Shown here in pieces: positions 47,838 through 57,707 of a stretch of 64,000 nucleotides of DNA (position 1 is its first letter; every line of letters begins with the position of its first letter). The notes under the pieces were generated by a model. The model did not search any database. It saw only the letters and a program-made list of their open reading frames with translations, and was not told where the DNA came from. The stretch spans positions 672,001-736,000 of the forward strand of contig CBDCQT010000012.1 of assembly GCA_965220745.1 (NCBI GenBank), in the 5' to 3' direction. Origin of the DNA: Alphaproteobacteria bacterium. GTDB lineage: Bacteria > Pseudomonadota > Alphaproteobacteria > UBA828. The translations under genes and the position numbers were made by a program.

Positions 47838-48332
47838 GTGGGCTATTCCGCTAAGGCGGTAGCCAATTACTTCCTGTCCAAGTACGGGAAGAGCGGCATC
47901 ACGCCACTTAAGCTCCAAAAGCTGGTATACCTAGCGCACGGCTGGCACTTCGCATATTTCGAGGAGCCACTTGTAGGCGATGAATATGCCGAGGCATGGC
48001 AGTATGGCCCTGTCTTCTCGTCTCTATACCACGAGTTTAAACATAAGGGCCGGTCCCCAATAGATGGTCTTGCCACAGATTTGGACTGGGATAATCTGGA
48101 AGAGGTCACCCCCAGAGTTGACAAGTCTGACAAGAAGGTGAGGAAGCTGCTCGATAGAGTTTGGGAGGTCCACGGACGGTTCACTGGTGGGCAGCTCTCA
48201 AGAATGACGCACAAAGATGGGTCACCTTGGGCTGAAACAAGGAAGACAGAAGGCGGGGATAGGAAAAATTCACACATTCCAGACGAGCTCATAATGAACT
48301 ACTACAAGAAATTGCGGGACAAGAATGAGTGA
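47838..48332 (+). CDS. Panacea domain (DUF4065/SocA/GepA-like) antitoxin
   Basis: AVANYFL, ITPLKLQKLVYLAHGW, EAWQYGPV..LY, LSRMTH..GSPW; low GC. Confidence 0.9.
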   Translation: MGYSAKAVANYFLSKYGKSGITPLKLQKLVYLAHGWHFAYFEEPLVGDEYAEAWQYGPVFSSLYHEFKHKGRSPIDGLATDLDWDNLEEVTPRVDKSDKKVRKLLDRVWEVHGRFTGGQLSRMTHKDGSPWAETRKTEGGDRKNSHIPDELIMNYYKKLRDKNE

Positions 48333-48403
48333 TTACGACGCTATCGCACCATCTGGTGACGGTGATGACGACAACGCATCACAACGAGAAGAGAGAATGT
48401 TAG

Positions 48404-50019
48404 CCCGACTTATTCATGGAGAACCTTGCGGTTGAGGCTCGGTTATCGGGTCGCGTCGGGACCTGACGCGGTTTGGCGCCGGGATCTGAGGATGATGGTC
48501 GTTATTGGGTTGAGGGTTGAACGAGCCTGGGTGATTGGGGCACGCCGCCCCGTCGCTCAGGGGCCTGCTGCGGCGAGACGGCCTGCGAGCAGGCGGAAGA
48601 GAGCGGCGTCCGGGCAGGCCGAGGCGAAGTGGATGCGGACGCGGGTGGCCTTCTCGATGACGCGGGCGCCGATCTTGAGGAGGCGCAGCCTCAGGGTTGC
48701 GAACTCTGCACGGGCGAGCGGCGCCGTGCGGGGAATGGCATCGCGGAGCGCGAGCATCAGCCAGTAGGCTGCAGTGTGCAGGACCAGCCTGAGCTGGTTG
48801 GCGCGCGGGCTCTGGCAGGAGGTTCGGTCCGAGGCGAGCTGGCCCTTGTGCATCTTGATCAGGTTCTCGGCCTGGCCTCGGGCGCAGTAGATGTCTTCGT
48901 AGAGATGGCGGGGCTCGCCCTTGAGCGAGGTGACGATATAGCGCGCGTCGAAGCCGCGCGTCGTCGCCTCCAGCCGAGCCACGACCCGGCGTTCGCGGCC
49001 CCAGGAGCCGGCGGCGTAGTCGAAGGCGGCGACGCTGCGCATCCTGTCCGCGCCGGCCTTGGCGCGGCGCACCCGGACGTCGTCGGCCACGTCGTATGCA
49101 AGCGCGTGCAGCGCCCGATTGCCGGCGAGGCCGAAGATGTAGTCGACGCCGTTCTGCTCGCACCAGGCCATGGCTTGCGGGCGGCCGTAGTGCGCATCTC
49201 CCCGGAAGACGATCCGGGTGTGCGGCCAGTGGCGGCGGATGCGGCGGACCAGGTGCTTGATGAGAGTGCGGACCTCGGGCCCCGACGGCGTCTTGCCCGG
49301 GCGCAGGAGGACCGCCACCGGCTTGCCGCTTTCCACATGGTAGACGTGGACGGGCAGGAAGCAGCGGGTGTCGTAATGAGCGTTGAACAGCGACAGCTGC
49401 TGGTGCCCGTGCACGGCATCGCAGGTGTCGTCGATATCGAGCGTGATGGCGGCAGGTGGGGCTGAGAAGGAGCGGCAGAAGAGATCGACCAGGGCGGCCG
49501 TCATGCGCGCCACCTCGATGCGAGACGGCGCGTTCTCCAGGCGGCTCATGGTGGGCTGGGAACAGAGGTCGCCCCCGCTCTCCGGCGCCCGGCCTGAGGC
49601 CAGCTTGAACAGCGGGTCCGCGCGCAGCGCGTCGCAGTCGTCGGCATCCTCGTAACCGCAGGCGATGGCCAGCATGCGAAAGCGCAGCATGGCCGAGAGC
49701 GAGTGGACCACCTGCGCCTGATTGCGCCGGTCGCGGATACAGCCCGCCAGGGTCTCGGCGAGACGCAAGCGGCGTTCCGCCTCGCGCAACAGGACCAGGC
49801 CGCCGTCAGACGAGATCAGGCCGCCGTCGAAGGCGGCGCTCACCCTCTTGCGTTGGACGCTTGGCAGATCGAAGGGGAGAAGGCTATCGTCGGTCATGGC
49901 GGGCGTGGCTTTTTCGTTGTTCGGAGAGGAAGACGCCTCGACAACGAATTCCTACCCGATGGCAACGGCTTACGCTACGTCCGCCACCCCAAAATCAGAC
50001 CCGCCACGAATAATCCGGG
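48404..50019 (-). mobile_element. IS1380-family insertion sequence (1616 bp)
   Basis: Terminal IRs CCCGACTTATTCATGG / CCCGGATTATTCGTGG (reverse complement); TTAG duplicated at 48400-48403 and 50020-50023. Confidence 0.93.
48557..49897 (-). CDS. IS1380-family transposase
   Basis: FDGGLISSDGG, GYEDADD, SQPTMSRLEN, LDIDDT, RGDAHY, RGQAENLIK; intact frame. Confidence 0.95.
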   Translation of the reverse strand: MTDDSLLPFDLPSVQRKRVSAAFDGGLISSDGGLVLLREAERRLRLAETLAGCIRDRRNQAQVVHSLSAMLRFRMLAIACGYEDADDCDALRADPLFKLASGRAPESGGDLCSQPTMSRLENAPSRIEVARMTAALVDLFCRSFSAPPAAITLDIDDTCDAVHGHQQLSLFNAHYDTRCFLPVHVYHVESGKPVAVLLRPGKTPSGPEVRTLIKHLVRRIRRHWPHTRIVFRGDAHYGRPQAMAWCEQNGVDYIFGLAGNRALHALAYDVADDVRVRRAKAGADRMRSVAAFDYAAGSWGRERRVVARLEATTRGFDARYIVTSLKGEPRHLYEDIYCARGQAENLIKMHKGQLASDRTSCQSPRANQLRLVLHTAAYWLMLALRDAIPRTAPLARAEFATLRLRLLKIGARVIEKATRVRIHFASACPDAALFRLLAGRLAAAGP

Positions 50020-50454
50020 TTAGGGGCTTACCAGGAAGCCCTGAATAAAGAGAAGGTCCGCTCAGAAAAACAGAGATTCTGGTTAAGATGGGCAGCCGTT
50101 AGCTTTGCGGCCTTCATTATCATCTTCCTTTTGGCGATAGTAGGAGTCCACACCTTCTCACCGGCGTTCTCCCCAGAGCGGAGTTGCTACTTACCGCCCT
50201 GTGAGGAATATAGTGAGATCCCGCATGCATTACTGATCTCGTCTCCCATCGTCGCTGCGACGGCGATCACCATCTTTCTTCTGATCGGCATATTCCAGGG
50301 CTTCAAGCCCAAAGATATGGAAGCCTCCCCAGCTCAGGCCATGAGCCGAAGCGCGGCAAGCGGCACTTCAGGTGGCTTCGCTTAGTCTCAACCACCTGAC
50401 CCGACTCAAGCGGAGAATGGCTAGCCAAGCGTATAAGTCTCCAATTTTCTTTGC

Positions 50455-50512
50455 AATCCCGGCCCAGCAGCCCGCCTTCTGGGGAGGCCGGTGGCGAAAA
50501 CGGACGGGGAAC
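50455..50512. repeat. imperfect direct repeat, copy 2
   Basis: Matches 47646-47704, including the 23-bp identical core. Confidence 0.85.
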
Positions 50513-50637
50513 CCGCATGTTGTCGGAATCGTGGGTCTGCGATAGGGTGCAGCAGTGGCTCCGGGCGCGGAGTCGACGGTTCCGCCCTGAGCACCTCCGA
50601 GATTGAGCGAGGGCCTAACGTGGGCGACAGCGGCAGC

Positions 50638-51615
50638 ATGCAGGTCATCCTGGCGGAGCCCAGAGGCTTCTGCGCGGGCGTCGAGCGGGCAATCGAGATC
50701 GTCGAGCGGGCGCTCGAAGTCTTCGGCCCGCCGGTCTACGTCCGCCACGAAATCGTGCACAACAAGCGGGTGGTGGACGACCTGCGCAAGAAGGGCGCGG
50801 TCTTCGTCGAGGAGATCGACGAGGTGCCGGAAGGCGCCGTCACCATCTTCAGCGCCCACGGCGTCTCCGAGAAGGTGGAGAGCGAGGCGACAGGCCGGAA
50901 CCTGCCGGTGATCGACGCCACCTGCCCGCTGGTGGCCAAGGTGCACATCGAGGCCAGGCGCTACGAGCGCGAAGGCCGCGAGATCATCCTGATCGGCCAC
51001 GACGGGCATCCGGAGGTCGAGGGCACCAGCGGGCGCGTGAAGAACGGCGTCCACATCGTGGCGACGCCGGCCGACGTCGCCAAGCTGGAGGTGGCCAACC
51101 CCGACAAGGTCGCCTATGTCACCCAGACCACGCTCAGCGTCGACGACACGCGGGACGTGATCGAGGCGCTGACCTCGCGCTTCCCCAGCATCTCCGGCCC
51201 CGACGTGAAGGACATCTGCTACGCGACGCAGAACCGCCAGGCCTCGGTGCGCAAGCTCGCAGAAGACGTGGAGCTGATCCTCGTCGTGGGCGCGCGCAAC
51301 AGCTCCAACTCCAACCGCCTGCGCGAGATCGGCGAGGAGATGGGCGTGCCGACCCACCTGATCGACGACGCCCGCGACCTGGACCCGACGTGGTTCGACG
51401 GCGTGCGCCGCGTGGGCGTGACCGCCGGCGCGTCGGCGCCGGAAGAGCTGGTGCAGGACCTGGTCGCTCGGCTGCGCGAGATCAACGCGGTCGAGCTGCA
51501 GATCCAGGACGGGATCAAGGAGCGGGTGCGTTTCAAGCTGCCGGCCGAGCTGGTCGAGGCAAGCGGCAACGGCAAGGCGCAGGAGCCGGCTGCCGGTGCG
51601 GCGCCCGCCGAGTAG
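50638..51615 (+). CDS. ispH: 4-hydroxy-3-methylbut-2-enyl diphosphate reductase
   Basis: [41 protein letters not shown]. Confidence 0.96.
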   Translation: MQVILAEPRGFCAGVERAIEIVERALEVFGPPVYVRHEIVHNKRVVDDLRKKGAVFVEEIDEVPEGAVTIFSAHGVSEKVESEATGRNLPVIDATCPLVAKVHIEARRYEREGREIILIGHDGHPEVEGTSGRVKNGVHIVATPADVAKLEVANPDKVAYVTQTTLSVDDTRDVIEALTSRFPSISGPDVKDICYATQNRQASVRKLAEDVELILVVGARNSSNSNRLREIGEEMGVPTHLIDDARDLDPTWFDGVRRVGVTAGASAPEELVQDLVARLREINAVELQIQDGIKERVRFKLPAELVEASGNGKAQEPAAGAAPAE

Positions 51616-51621
51616 AGGCTC

Positions 51622-52794
51622 ATGTCCGTCCCGCTGATCCAGAAGGTTCGCGTCGGCGCCTATATCGTCGGCAAGAAGCTCGCGGGCGAGAAGCGCTATC
51701 CGCTGGTGCTCATGCTGGAGCCGCTGTTCCGCTGCAACCTCGCGTGCCCCGGCTGCGGCAAGATCGACTACCCGGCGGAGATCCTGAACCAGCGCCTGAG
51801 CCTGGACGAGTGCCTGCAGGCGGTGGACGAGTGCGGCGCGCCGATGGTCTCGATCCCCGGCGGCGAGCCGCTGATCCACCCCGAGATCGGCGAGATCGTC
51901 TCCGAAATCATCGCGCGCAAGAAGTTCGTCTATCTCTGCACGAACGCGCTGCTCCTCAAGAAGAAGCTCGATCTCTTCACGCCGACCAAGTACCTGACCT
52001 TCTCGGTCCACCTCGACGGGCTGGAGGAGGAGCACGACCACGCGGTGGATCAGCCCGGCACGTTCAAGCGCGCGGTGGCGGCGATCAAGGAGGCGCGGAG
52101 CCGCGGCTTCCGCGTCAACGTGAATGCCACCGTGTTCGACGGCCATCCGGCGGAGCGGCTTGCGGAATTCTTCGACTTCGCGACGGACGAGCTGGGGGTG
52201 GAGGCGATCACGGTCTCGCCCGGCTACTCCTACGAGCGGGCGCCCGACCAGCAGCACTTCCTCAACCGCAGCAAGACCAAGGCGCTGTTCCGCGACATCT
52301 TCGCGCGCGGCGCGGGCAAGAAGTGGCGCTTCAGCCAGTCCAGCCTGTTCCTGGACTTCCTGGCCGGCAACCAGGATTTCCAGTGCACGCCCTGGGGCAA
52401 TCCGACCCGCAACGTCTTCGGCTGGCAGAAGCCCTGCTACCTGATCGGCGAAGGCTATACCGGGAGCTTCCGCGCGCTGATGGAGGAGACCGACTGGGAC
52501 TCCTACGGCACCGGCCGCTACGAGAAGTGCGCGGACTGCATGGTCCACTGCGGCTACGAGCCGACCGCGGCGGAGCACTCGCTGGCCCGGCCCTGGGCGG
52601 CGCTGATGGTCAAGCTGCGCGGGATCAGGATCAGCGGGCCGATGGTGCCGGAGATCGACCTGACCAAGGCGCGGCCGGCCCAGTACATGTTCGACCGGCA
52701 CGTGCAGGATAAGCTGCGCGAGATTCGCCTCGCCGAAGAGGCGGCGTCAGAGGTCCGCGAGAAGGGGCGCCAACCGGCGACCAACGCGGCGTAG
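51622..52794 (+). CDS. hpnH: adenosyl-hopene transferase (radical SAM)
   Basis: YPLVLMLEPLFRCNLACPGCGK, CTPWGNPT, CADCMVHCGYE. Confidence 0.95.
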   Translation: MSVPLIQKVRVGAYIVGKKLAGEKRYPLVLMLEPLFRCNLACPGCGKIDYPAEILNQRLSLDECLQAVDECGAPMVSIPGGEPLIHPEIGEIVSEIIARKKFVYLCTNALLLKKKLDLFTPTKYLTFSVHLDGLEEEHDHAVDQPGTFKRAVAAIKEARSRGFRVNVNATVFDGHPAERLAEFFDFATDELGVEAITVSPGYSYERAPDQQHFLNRSKTKALFRDIFARGAGKKWRFSQSSLFLDFLAGNQDFQCTPWGNPTRNVFGWQKPCYLIGEGYTGSFRALMEETDWDSYGTGRYEKCADCMVHCGYEPTAAEHSLARPWAALMVKLRGIRISGPMVPEIDLTKARPAQYMFDRHVQDKLREIRLAEEAASEVREKGRQPATNAA

Positions 52795-53529
52795 CCGGCG
52801 CATCGCCTGCGCGCCGTCGAGCGCGAGCGTCAGCATATCCATGCATTCCCACGGGCGCCGCAGCAGCGCGCCCGCGACCGCGCCGCCATTGACGCGGCCG
52901 TCCTCGGTAACTCCGACAATGGCCGCTCGCGGAAGCGCTCGGTTGCTCGGGTCGCTGACGACGCGGACCACGACGAAGGGCACGCCGGCTGCCGTCGCAG
53001 CGCGGGCGACGACGTGGCTCTCCATGTCCGCAGCCCTGGCGCGGGTCAGTGCGAAGAGCGAGAGCTTCTGGTCGCCGTACGTCAATGGGTGGTCCACGCC
53101 GGCGAGCGCGCCGCCTTCGGCGCGTTCCCCGAGACCCTGGGAAAGTATCTCGCGCACGGTGGCATCCACCGGCAGGTAGTCCTCCTCCGGCGGCGGCTCC
53201 GGCGGGCCTCGCCCCTCCTCTCGCCTGAAGGAGGTCATCCGCTGGAGCTGGTCGCGCACGCCGCCTCGGTCGGGCGCCTCGACCTCGCCCTCGTGAGCGA
53301 TCACCGACTCGGGAAGCAGCAGGGTGCCGGGGCCGAGACGCGGGTCGATCCCGGCGGCGAGGCCGTAGCTCACCAGCAAGCGCACGCCGCCCGCGACCAT
53401 CGCATCGGCCGCCTGTGCTGCCCGCGCAGGGTCGGCCGCCGAGACGGCGATCCGGAAATCGTCCTCGGGCAGGGTCGCGGCCTCCGCCACGAGGCCCGTG
53501 ACGATGCCGATGCGGGACCGGTCAGCCAT
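52747..53529 (-). CDS. hpnG: hopanoid-associated nucleoside phosphorylase-like protein
   Basis: GIVTGLVAEA, SYGLAAGIDP, DMESHVVA, VRVVSDP; downstream of shc. Confidence 0.8.
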   Translation of the reverse strand: MADRSRIGIVTGLVAEAATLPEDDFRIAVSAADPARAAQAADAMVAGGVRLLVSYGLAAGIDPRLGPGTLLLPESVIAHEGEVEAPDRGGVRDQLQRMTSFRREEGRGPPEPPPEEDYLPVDATVREILSQGLGERAEGGALAGVDHPLTYGDQKLSLFALTRARAADMESHVVARAATAAGVPFVVVRVVSDPSNRALPRAAIVGVTEDGRVNGGAVAGALLRRPWECMDMLTLALDGAQAMRRLRRVGRRLAPLLADL

Positions 53530-53551
53530 CTGCCTCCGGTCGTCTGGGTTG

Positions 53552-55543
53552 CTACATGCCGTGGCGCGGGCGGTGGTCGTTGCCGCGCGTGAGCGAGCGG
53601 TAGCGCGCCAGCGCCCAGAGCGGGAAGTAGGCGCTGTAGCCGTGGTAGCGGAGGTAGAAGACGCGCGGGAAGCCGACGGCGGTGTAGTCGTCCTCCAGCC
53701 ACTTCGCGCCCTCGCGCTCGGCGCCGCAGAGATAGTCGATGCCGCGCTGCACCGCGTCGCTCCGCACTTCGCCCGCAGCCATGAGCGCGAGCAGCGCCCA
53801 CGCGGTCTGCGACGGGGTCGAGACCACGTCGAACGCGGTCTCGATGCGCTCGGCATAGTAGCTGTCGCCGGTCTCGCCCCAGCCGCCATCGGCGCGCTGC
53901 TTGGCTTCGAGCCAGGCGACCGCCTTGCGGACGGCGGGCGAGGCCGGGTCTTCGCCGGCGGCGTTCAGGGCGCAGAGCACCGACCAGGTGCCGTAGATGT
54001 AGTTGGTGCCCCAGCGGCCGAACCAGGAGCCGTTCTCCTCCTGCTCCGCGAGGAGATAGGCGAGCCCCTTGGCGACGGTCTCGTGCTCGCGCGAATAGCC
54101 GATCTGACAGAGGAAGCTCACGCAGCGCGCGCTGACATCGGCGGTCGCGGGGTCGAGCAGGGCGCCGTGGTCGGCGAAGGGAATGTGGTTGAGCGCGTAG
54201 TGCTCGTTCTCGGCGTCGAAGGAGCCCCAGCCGCCGTTCTCGTTCTGCATGGCGATGATCCACGCGGCCGCCCGCTCGATCGCCTCGCGGTGCGCCTGGG
54301 GATCGGCGCGGTGGAGCGCCATCGCCACCACCGCCGTGTCGTCCACGTCGGGGTAATGGTCGTTGCGGTACTGGAAGGCCCAGCCTCCCGGCAGGGCGTC
54401 CGGCCGCATGGCGGCCCAGTCGCCCGCGAGATCGCAGATCTGCAGGTCGGCGAGCCAGGGGAGGGAATCGTCCGCCGCGCGGCGGTCCTGCTCACCGTCG
54501 CACTCCATGAGGCTCAGCGCAGCGAGCCCCGTGTCCCAGACCGGCGAGACGCAAGGCTGGCAGTATTGGCTGCCGTTCACCGGCTCGGTCAGCAGCAGGT
54601 CGAGCGCGCGGCGGGCGGTGCGGCGCGGCGGATGATCGCGCCCGTAGCCCAGGGCATCGAAGGCCATGACCACGTTGGCCATCGGCGGGAAGATCGCGCC
54701 CAGGCCGTCCTCGCCGTTGAGGCGCGTCATGCACCAGTCGAGCGCCTTGTCGATCGCGCGGCGGCGCACCCTGCCCGGTATCGCCTTCTCGCCGACCGTG
54801 AGCGCACGGTCGAGGGTAAGGAAGGACCACTGCGTGAGGGTCTCCCTCGGGAAATAGTGCCATTCCTGCTCCGGCGGGGTCGTGAACAGCTCCGCGATGC
54901 CGACGCCCCGCGGGTTCTTGGCGCGAGGCTTGAGCGCGAGCAGGATCGTGAGCGGCACGATGGTGGTGCGCGACCAGTAGGAGACCTTGTCCAGGTGGAA
55001 GGGGAACCAGCGCGGCAGCTTTATGATCTCCACTGGCATCGCCGGCGCGGCGCGCCACGGCACCTGGCCGAAGAGTGCGAGCGTGATCCGCGTGAACACG
55101 TTGCAGCGCGCGGCGCCGCCGGCGGCGAGCACGGCCTCGCGGGCGCGCATCATGTGCGGGGCGTCAGGGGCGTCGCCGATCAGCTTGAGGGCGTAGTAGG
55201 CCTTGACGGTGCAGCTGATGTCGAACGCGCCGCCGTGGAAGAGGGGCCAGCCTCCGTGTTCGGCCTGGCGGCTGCGGATGTAGGTGCCCAGACGTGCCTC
55301 GGTCTCGGGATCGAGCTCGTCGAGGAAGTGGTTGAGGAGGACGTACTCCGCCGGGATGGTCGCATCGGCCTCGAGCTCGAACAGCCAGTGGCCGTCGTCG
55401 TGCTGGAGGCCGCGCAGGCCGGCGGCGGCATCCTGGATGACCTGCTCGATGTCGGGGGAGGAAACGGGGCCGTCCTGACTGTCCGACGGCTGGCGGACGA
55501 TGGTTTCACTCCGCCGGTCCGGGCCGACGCGCGCAACCTCCAT
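53552..55543 (-). CDS. shc: squalene-hopene cyclase
   Basis: ELEADATIPAEY, DVDDTAVV, QW repeats, GFPRVFYLRY. Confidence 0.96.
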   Translation of the reverse strand: MEVARVGPDRRSETIVRQPSDSQDGPVSSPDIEQVIQDAAAGLRGLQHDDGHWLFELEADATIPAEYVLLNHFLDELDPETEARLGTYIRSRQAEHGGWPLFHGGAFDISCTVKAYYALKLIGDAPDAPHMMRAREAVLAAGGAARCNVFTRITLALFGQVPWRAAPAMPVEIIKLPRWFPFHLDKVSYWSRTTIVPLTILLALKPRAKNPRGVGIAELFTTPPEQEWHYFPRETLTQWSFLTLDRALTVGEKAIPGRVRRRAIDKALDWCMTRLNGEDGLGAIFPPMANVVMAFDALGYGRDHPPRRTARRALDLLLTEPVNGSQYCQPCVSPVWDTGLAALSLMECDGEQDRRAADDSLPWLADLQICDLAGDWAAMRPDALPGGWAFQYRNDHYPDVDDTAVVAMALHRADPQAHREAIERAAAWIIAMQNENGGWGSFDAENEHYALNHIPFADHGALLDPATADVSARCVSFLCQIGYSREHETVAKGLAYLLAEQEENGSWFGRWGTNYIYGTWSVLCALNAAGEDPASPAVRKAVAWLEAKQRADGGWGETGDSYYAERIETAFDVVSTPSQTAWALLALMAAGEVRSDAVQRGIDYLCGAEREGAKWLEDDYTAVGFPRVFYLRYHGYSAYFPLWALARYRSLTRGNDHRPRHGM

Positions 55544-55548
55544 GGGCG

Positions 55549-57462
55549 TCAGGCGCGTTGCGGCAGGGTGGCCGAATTGCTGCCGAGAGCGCCGAGCGCG
55601 GTGTCGACGATGTCGCCTGCGGTAAGGCCCGCGTCCTCGTACATGCCGGCGGGCGTCCCGTGGGCCACGAAGCGGTCGGGCAGGAGCATCGGCCGGATCT
55701 TGAGGCCGGAGTCGAGGAAGCCTGCCGTGGCCAGGAACTGCATGACATGCGCGCCGAAGCCGCCGATCGAGCCTTCCTCGATGGTGATCACCACCTCGTG
55801 CTCCCGCGCCAGCCGGCGGATCAGGTCTTCGTCCAGCGGCTTGGCGAAGCGGGCATCGGCGACGGTGGTGGAGAGCCCACGCGTCTGCAGCTCGTCGGCC
55901 GCAGCCAGGGCCTCATGCAGGCGGGCGCCGAGGGAGAGGATCGCAATGGCCGTGCCCTCGCGGACGATCCGTCCCTTGCCGATCTCCAGCATCTTGGGCG
56001 TCTCCGGCAGCGGCACGCCCACGCCCTCGCCGCGCGGATAGCGGAAGGCGCTCGGGCAGTCGTCGAGCTTCGCAGCCGTGTGCACCATGTGGACGAGCTC
56101 GGCCTCGTCCGCCGCGGCCATGACGACGAAGCCCGGCAGAGTCGCGAGATAGGTGATGTCGAAGCTGCCGGCGTGCGTGGGGCCGTCGGCGCCGACCAGG
56201 CCGGCGCGGTCGATGGCGAAGCGGACCGGCAGTTTCTGAATCGCGACGTCGTGCACGATCTGGTCATAGGCGCGCTGCAGGAAGGTGGAATAGATCGCGG
56301 CGAAAGGCCTGAGCCCCTCCGTTGCCATCCCTGCCGCGAAGGTGACGCAGTGCTGCTCCGCGATGCCCACGTCGAAGCAGCGCGTGGGGTGTGCCTTGGC
56401 GAACTTGTCGAGCCCGGTGCCCGACGGCATGGCGGCGGTGAGCGCCACGATCTTCTCGTCGCGGTCCGCCTCCTTGATCAGGCTCTGGGCGAACACGGCG
56501 GTGTAGCTCGGCGCCCTGGGCTTGCTCTTCTTCTGCTCGCCCGTCACCACGTCGAACTTGCCGAGCGCGTGGCCGCGGTCCGGCGCGTTCTCGGCGGGCT
56601 CGTAGCCTTTGCCCTTGCTGGTGACGACGTGGAGCAGCACGGGCCCCGGCGTCTCGTCCTTGCGCACGTTGCGCAGCACCGGGACTAGATGGTCGAGATT
56701 GTGGCCGTCGATCGGCCCGATGTAGAAGAAGCCCAACTCCTCGAAGAGGGTGCCGCCGGTGACCATGCCGCGGGAATACTCCTCGGCCCGCATCGCGGCA
56801 TCGCCCATCGCCTTGGGCAGTCTGCGCGCCCACTGCTTGCCGAGCTCACGCAGGCTGCGGAACTGGTGGCTGGAGAGCAGCCGCGAGAGGTAGGCGTTGA
56901 GCGCGCCCACCGCCGGCGCGATCGACATCTCGTTGTCGTTGAGGATGACGATGAGGCGGGGTGGCATCGAGCCCGCGTTGTTCATCGCCTCGTAGGCCAT
57001 GCCGCCGGACATGGCACCGTCGCCGATGACGCAGATGACGTTGCGCGCTTCGCCCGTGAGCTCGCTCGCCACCGCCATGCCGAGGCCGGCGGAGATGGAG
57101 GTCGACGAGTGCGCCGCGCCGAAGGGGTCGTACTCGCTCTCGGTCCGCTTGGTGAAGCCGTAGAGCCCGCCCGGCTGGCGGATGGTGCGGATGCGTTCGC
57201 GCCGCCCGGTGATGATCTTGTGCGGGTATGACTGGTGGCCCACGTCCCAAATCAGGCGGTCGCGCGGGGTGTCAAATACATGGTGGAGGGCCACCGTCAG
57301 CTCGACCACGCCAAGCCCGGCGCCCAGATGGCCGCCGGTCACCGAGACGGCGTCGACGGTCTCGGCGCGAAGCTCCTCGGCAACCTTCTTGAGTTCCTTG
57401 ACCGAGAGGCTGCGCAGGTCTTCGGGGCTCTTCACGCGGTCCAGATGCGGCGTCTCCGGCAT
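55549..57462 (-). CDS. dxs: 1-deoxy-D-xylulose-5-phosphate synthase
   Basis: [48 protein letters not shown]. Confidence 0.97.
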   Translation of the reverse strand: MPETPHLDRVKSPEDLRSLSVKELKKVAEELRAETVDAVSVTGGHLGAGLGVVELTVALHHVFDTPRDRLIWDVGHQSYPHKIITGRRERIRTIRQPGGLYGFTKRTESEYDPFGAAHSSTSISAGLGMAVASELTGEARNVICVIGDGAMSGGMAYEAMNNAGSMPPRLIVILNDNEMSIAPAVGALNAYLSRLLSSHQFRSLRELGKQWARRLPKAMGDAAMRAEEYSRGMVTGGTLFEELGFFYIGPIDGHNLDHLVPVLRNVRKDETPGPVLLHVVTSKGKGYEPAENAPDRGHALGKFDVVTGEQKKSKPRAPSYTAVFAQSLIKEADRDEKIVALTAAMPSGTGLDKFAKAHPTRCFDVGIAEQHCVTFAAGMATEGLRPFAAIYSTFLQRAYDQIVHDVAIQKLPVRFAIDRAGLVGADGPTHAGSFDITYLATLPGFVVMAAADEAELVHMVHTAAKLDDCPSAFRYPRGEGVGVPLPETPKMLEIGKGRIVREGTAIAILSLGARLHEALAAADELQTRGLSTTVADARFAKPLDEDLIRRLAREHEVVITIEEGSIGGFGAHVMQFLATAGFLDSGLKIRPMLLPDRFVAHGTPAGMYEDAGLTAGDIVDTALGALGSNSATLPQRA

Positions 57463-57707
57463 GGCTCCCTCTCCCAGTCGAGTCACCGTTCGGCCCGTCG
57501 CGCGACGCGATTCTCACGAGACCAACATGACAACCGTACTACAAAGGACATGGGCGTCAATCGACCTGTCATAGGCCGCCGTCGTGAGTGCGTGAGCGCG
57601 ATTTGGACCAGCCTCGGGCCCTATAATTGCACCATGCACCGCCTTGGGGAAGGCGATCCGGCGATGTATCCTAGGGTCTCGTCCAAGCCCTTGAGCCAGC
57701 CCCAAAA

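Larger units (their letters stand above)
48325..50385 (+). pseudogene. two-TM protein gene interrupted by IS1380
   Basis: 48325-48403 joined to 50024-50385 restores an in-frame 146-aa ORF. Confidence 0.8.

Noticed and set aside
50131-50385. Independent 84-aa ORF
   Set aside because: It is the 3' half of the IS-interrupted gene starting at 48325
47646-50512. Direct repeats as a CRISPR array or integron attC sites
   Set aside because: Only two copies kilobases apart, no cas or integrase gene, and no RYYYAAC/GTTRRRY attC structure
50368-56041. 777-aa and 847-aa ORFs opposite ispH/hpnH and shc
   Set aside because: Antisense shadows of well-supported genes
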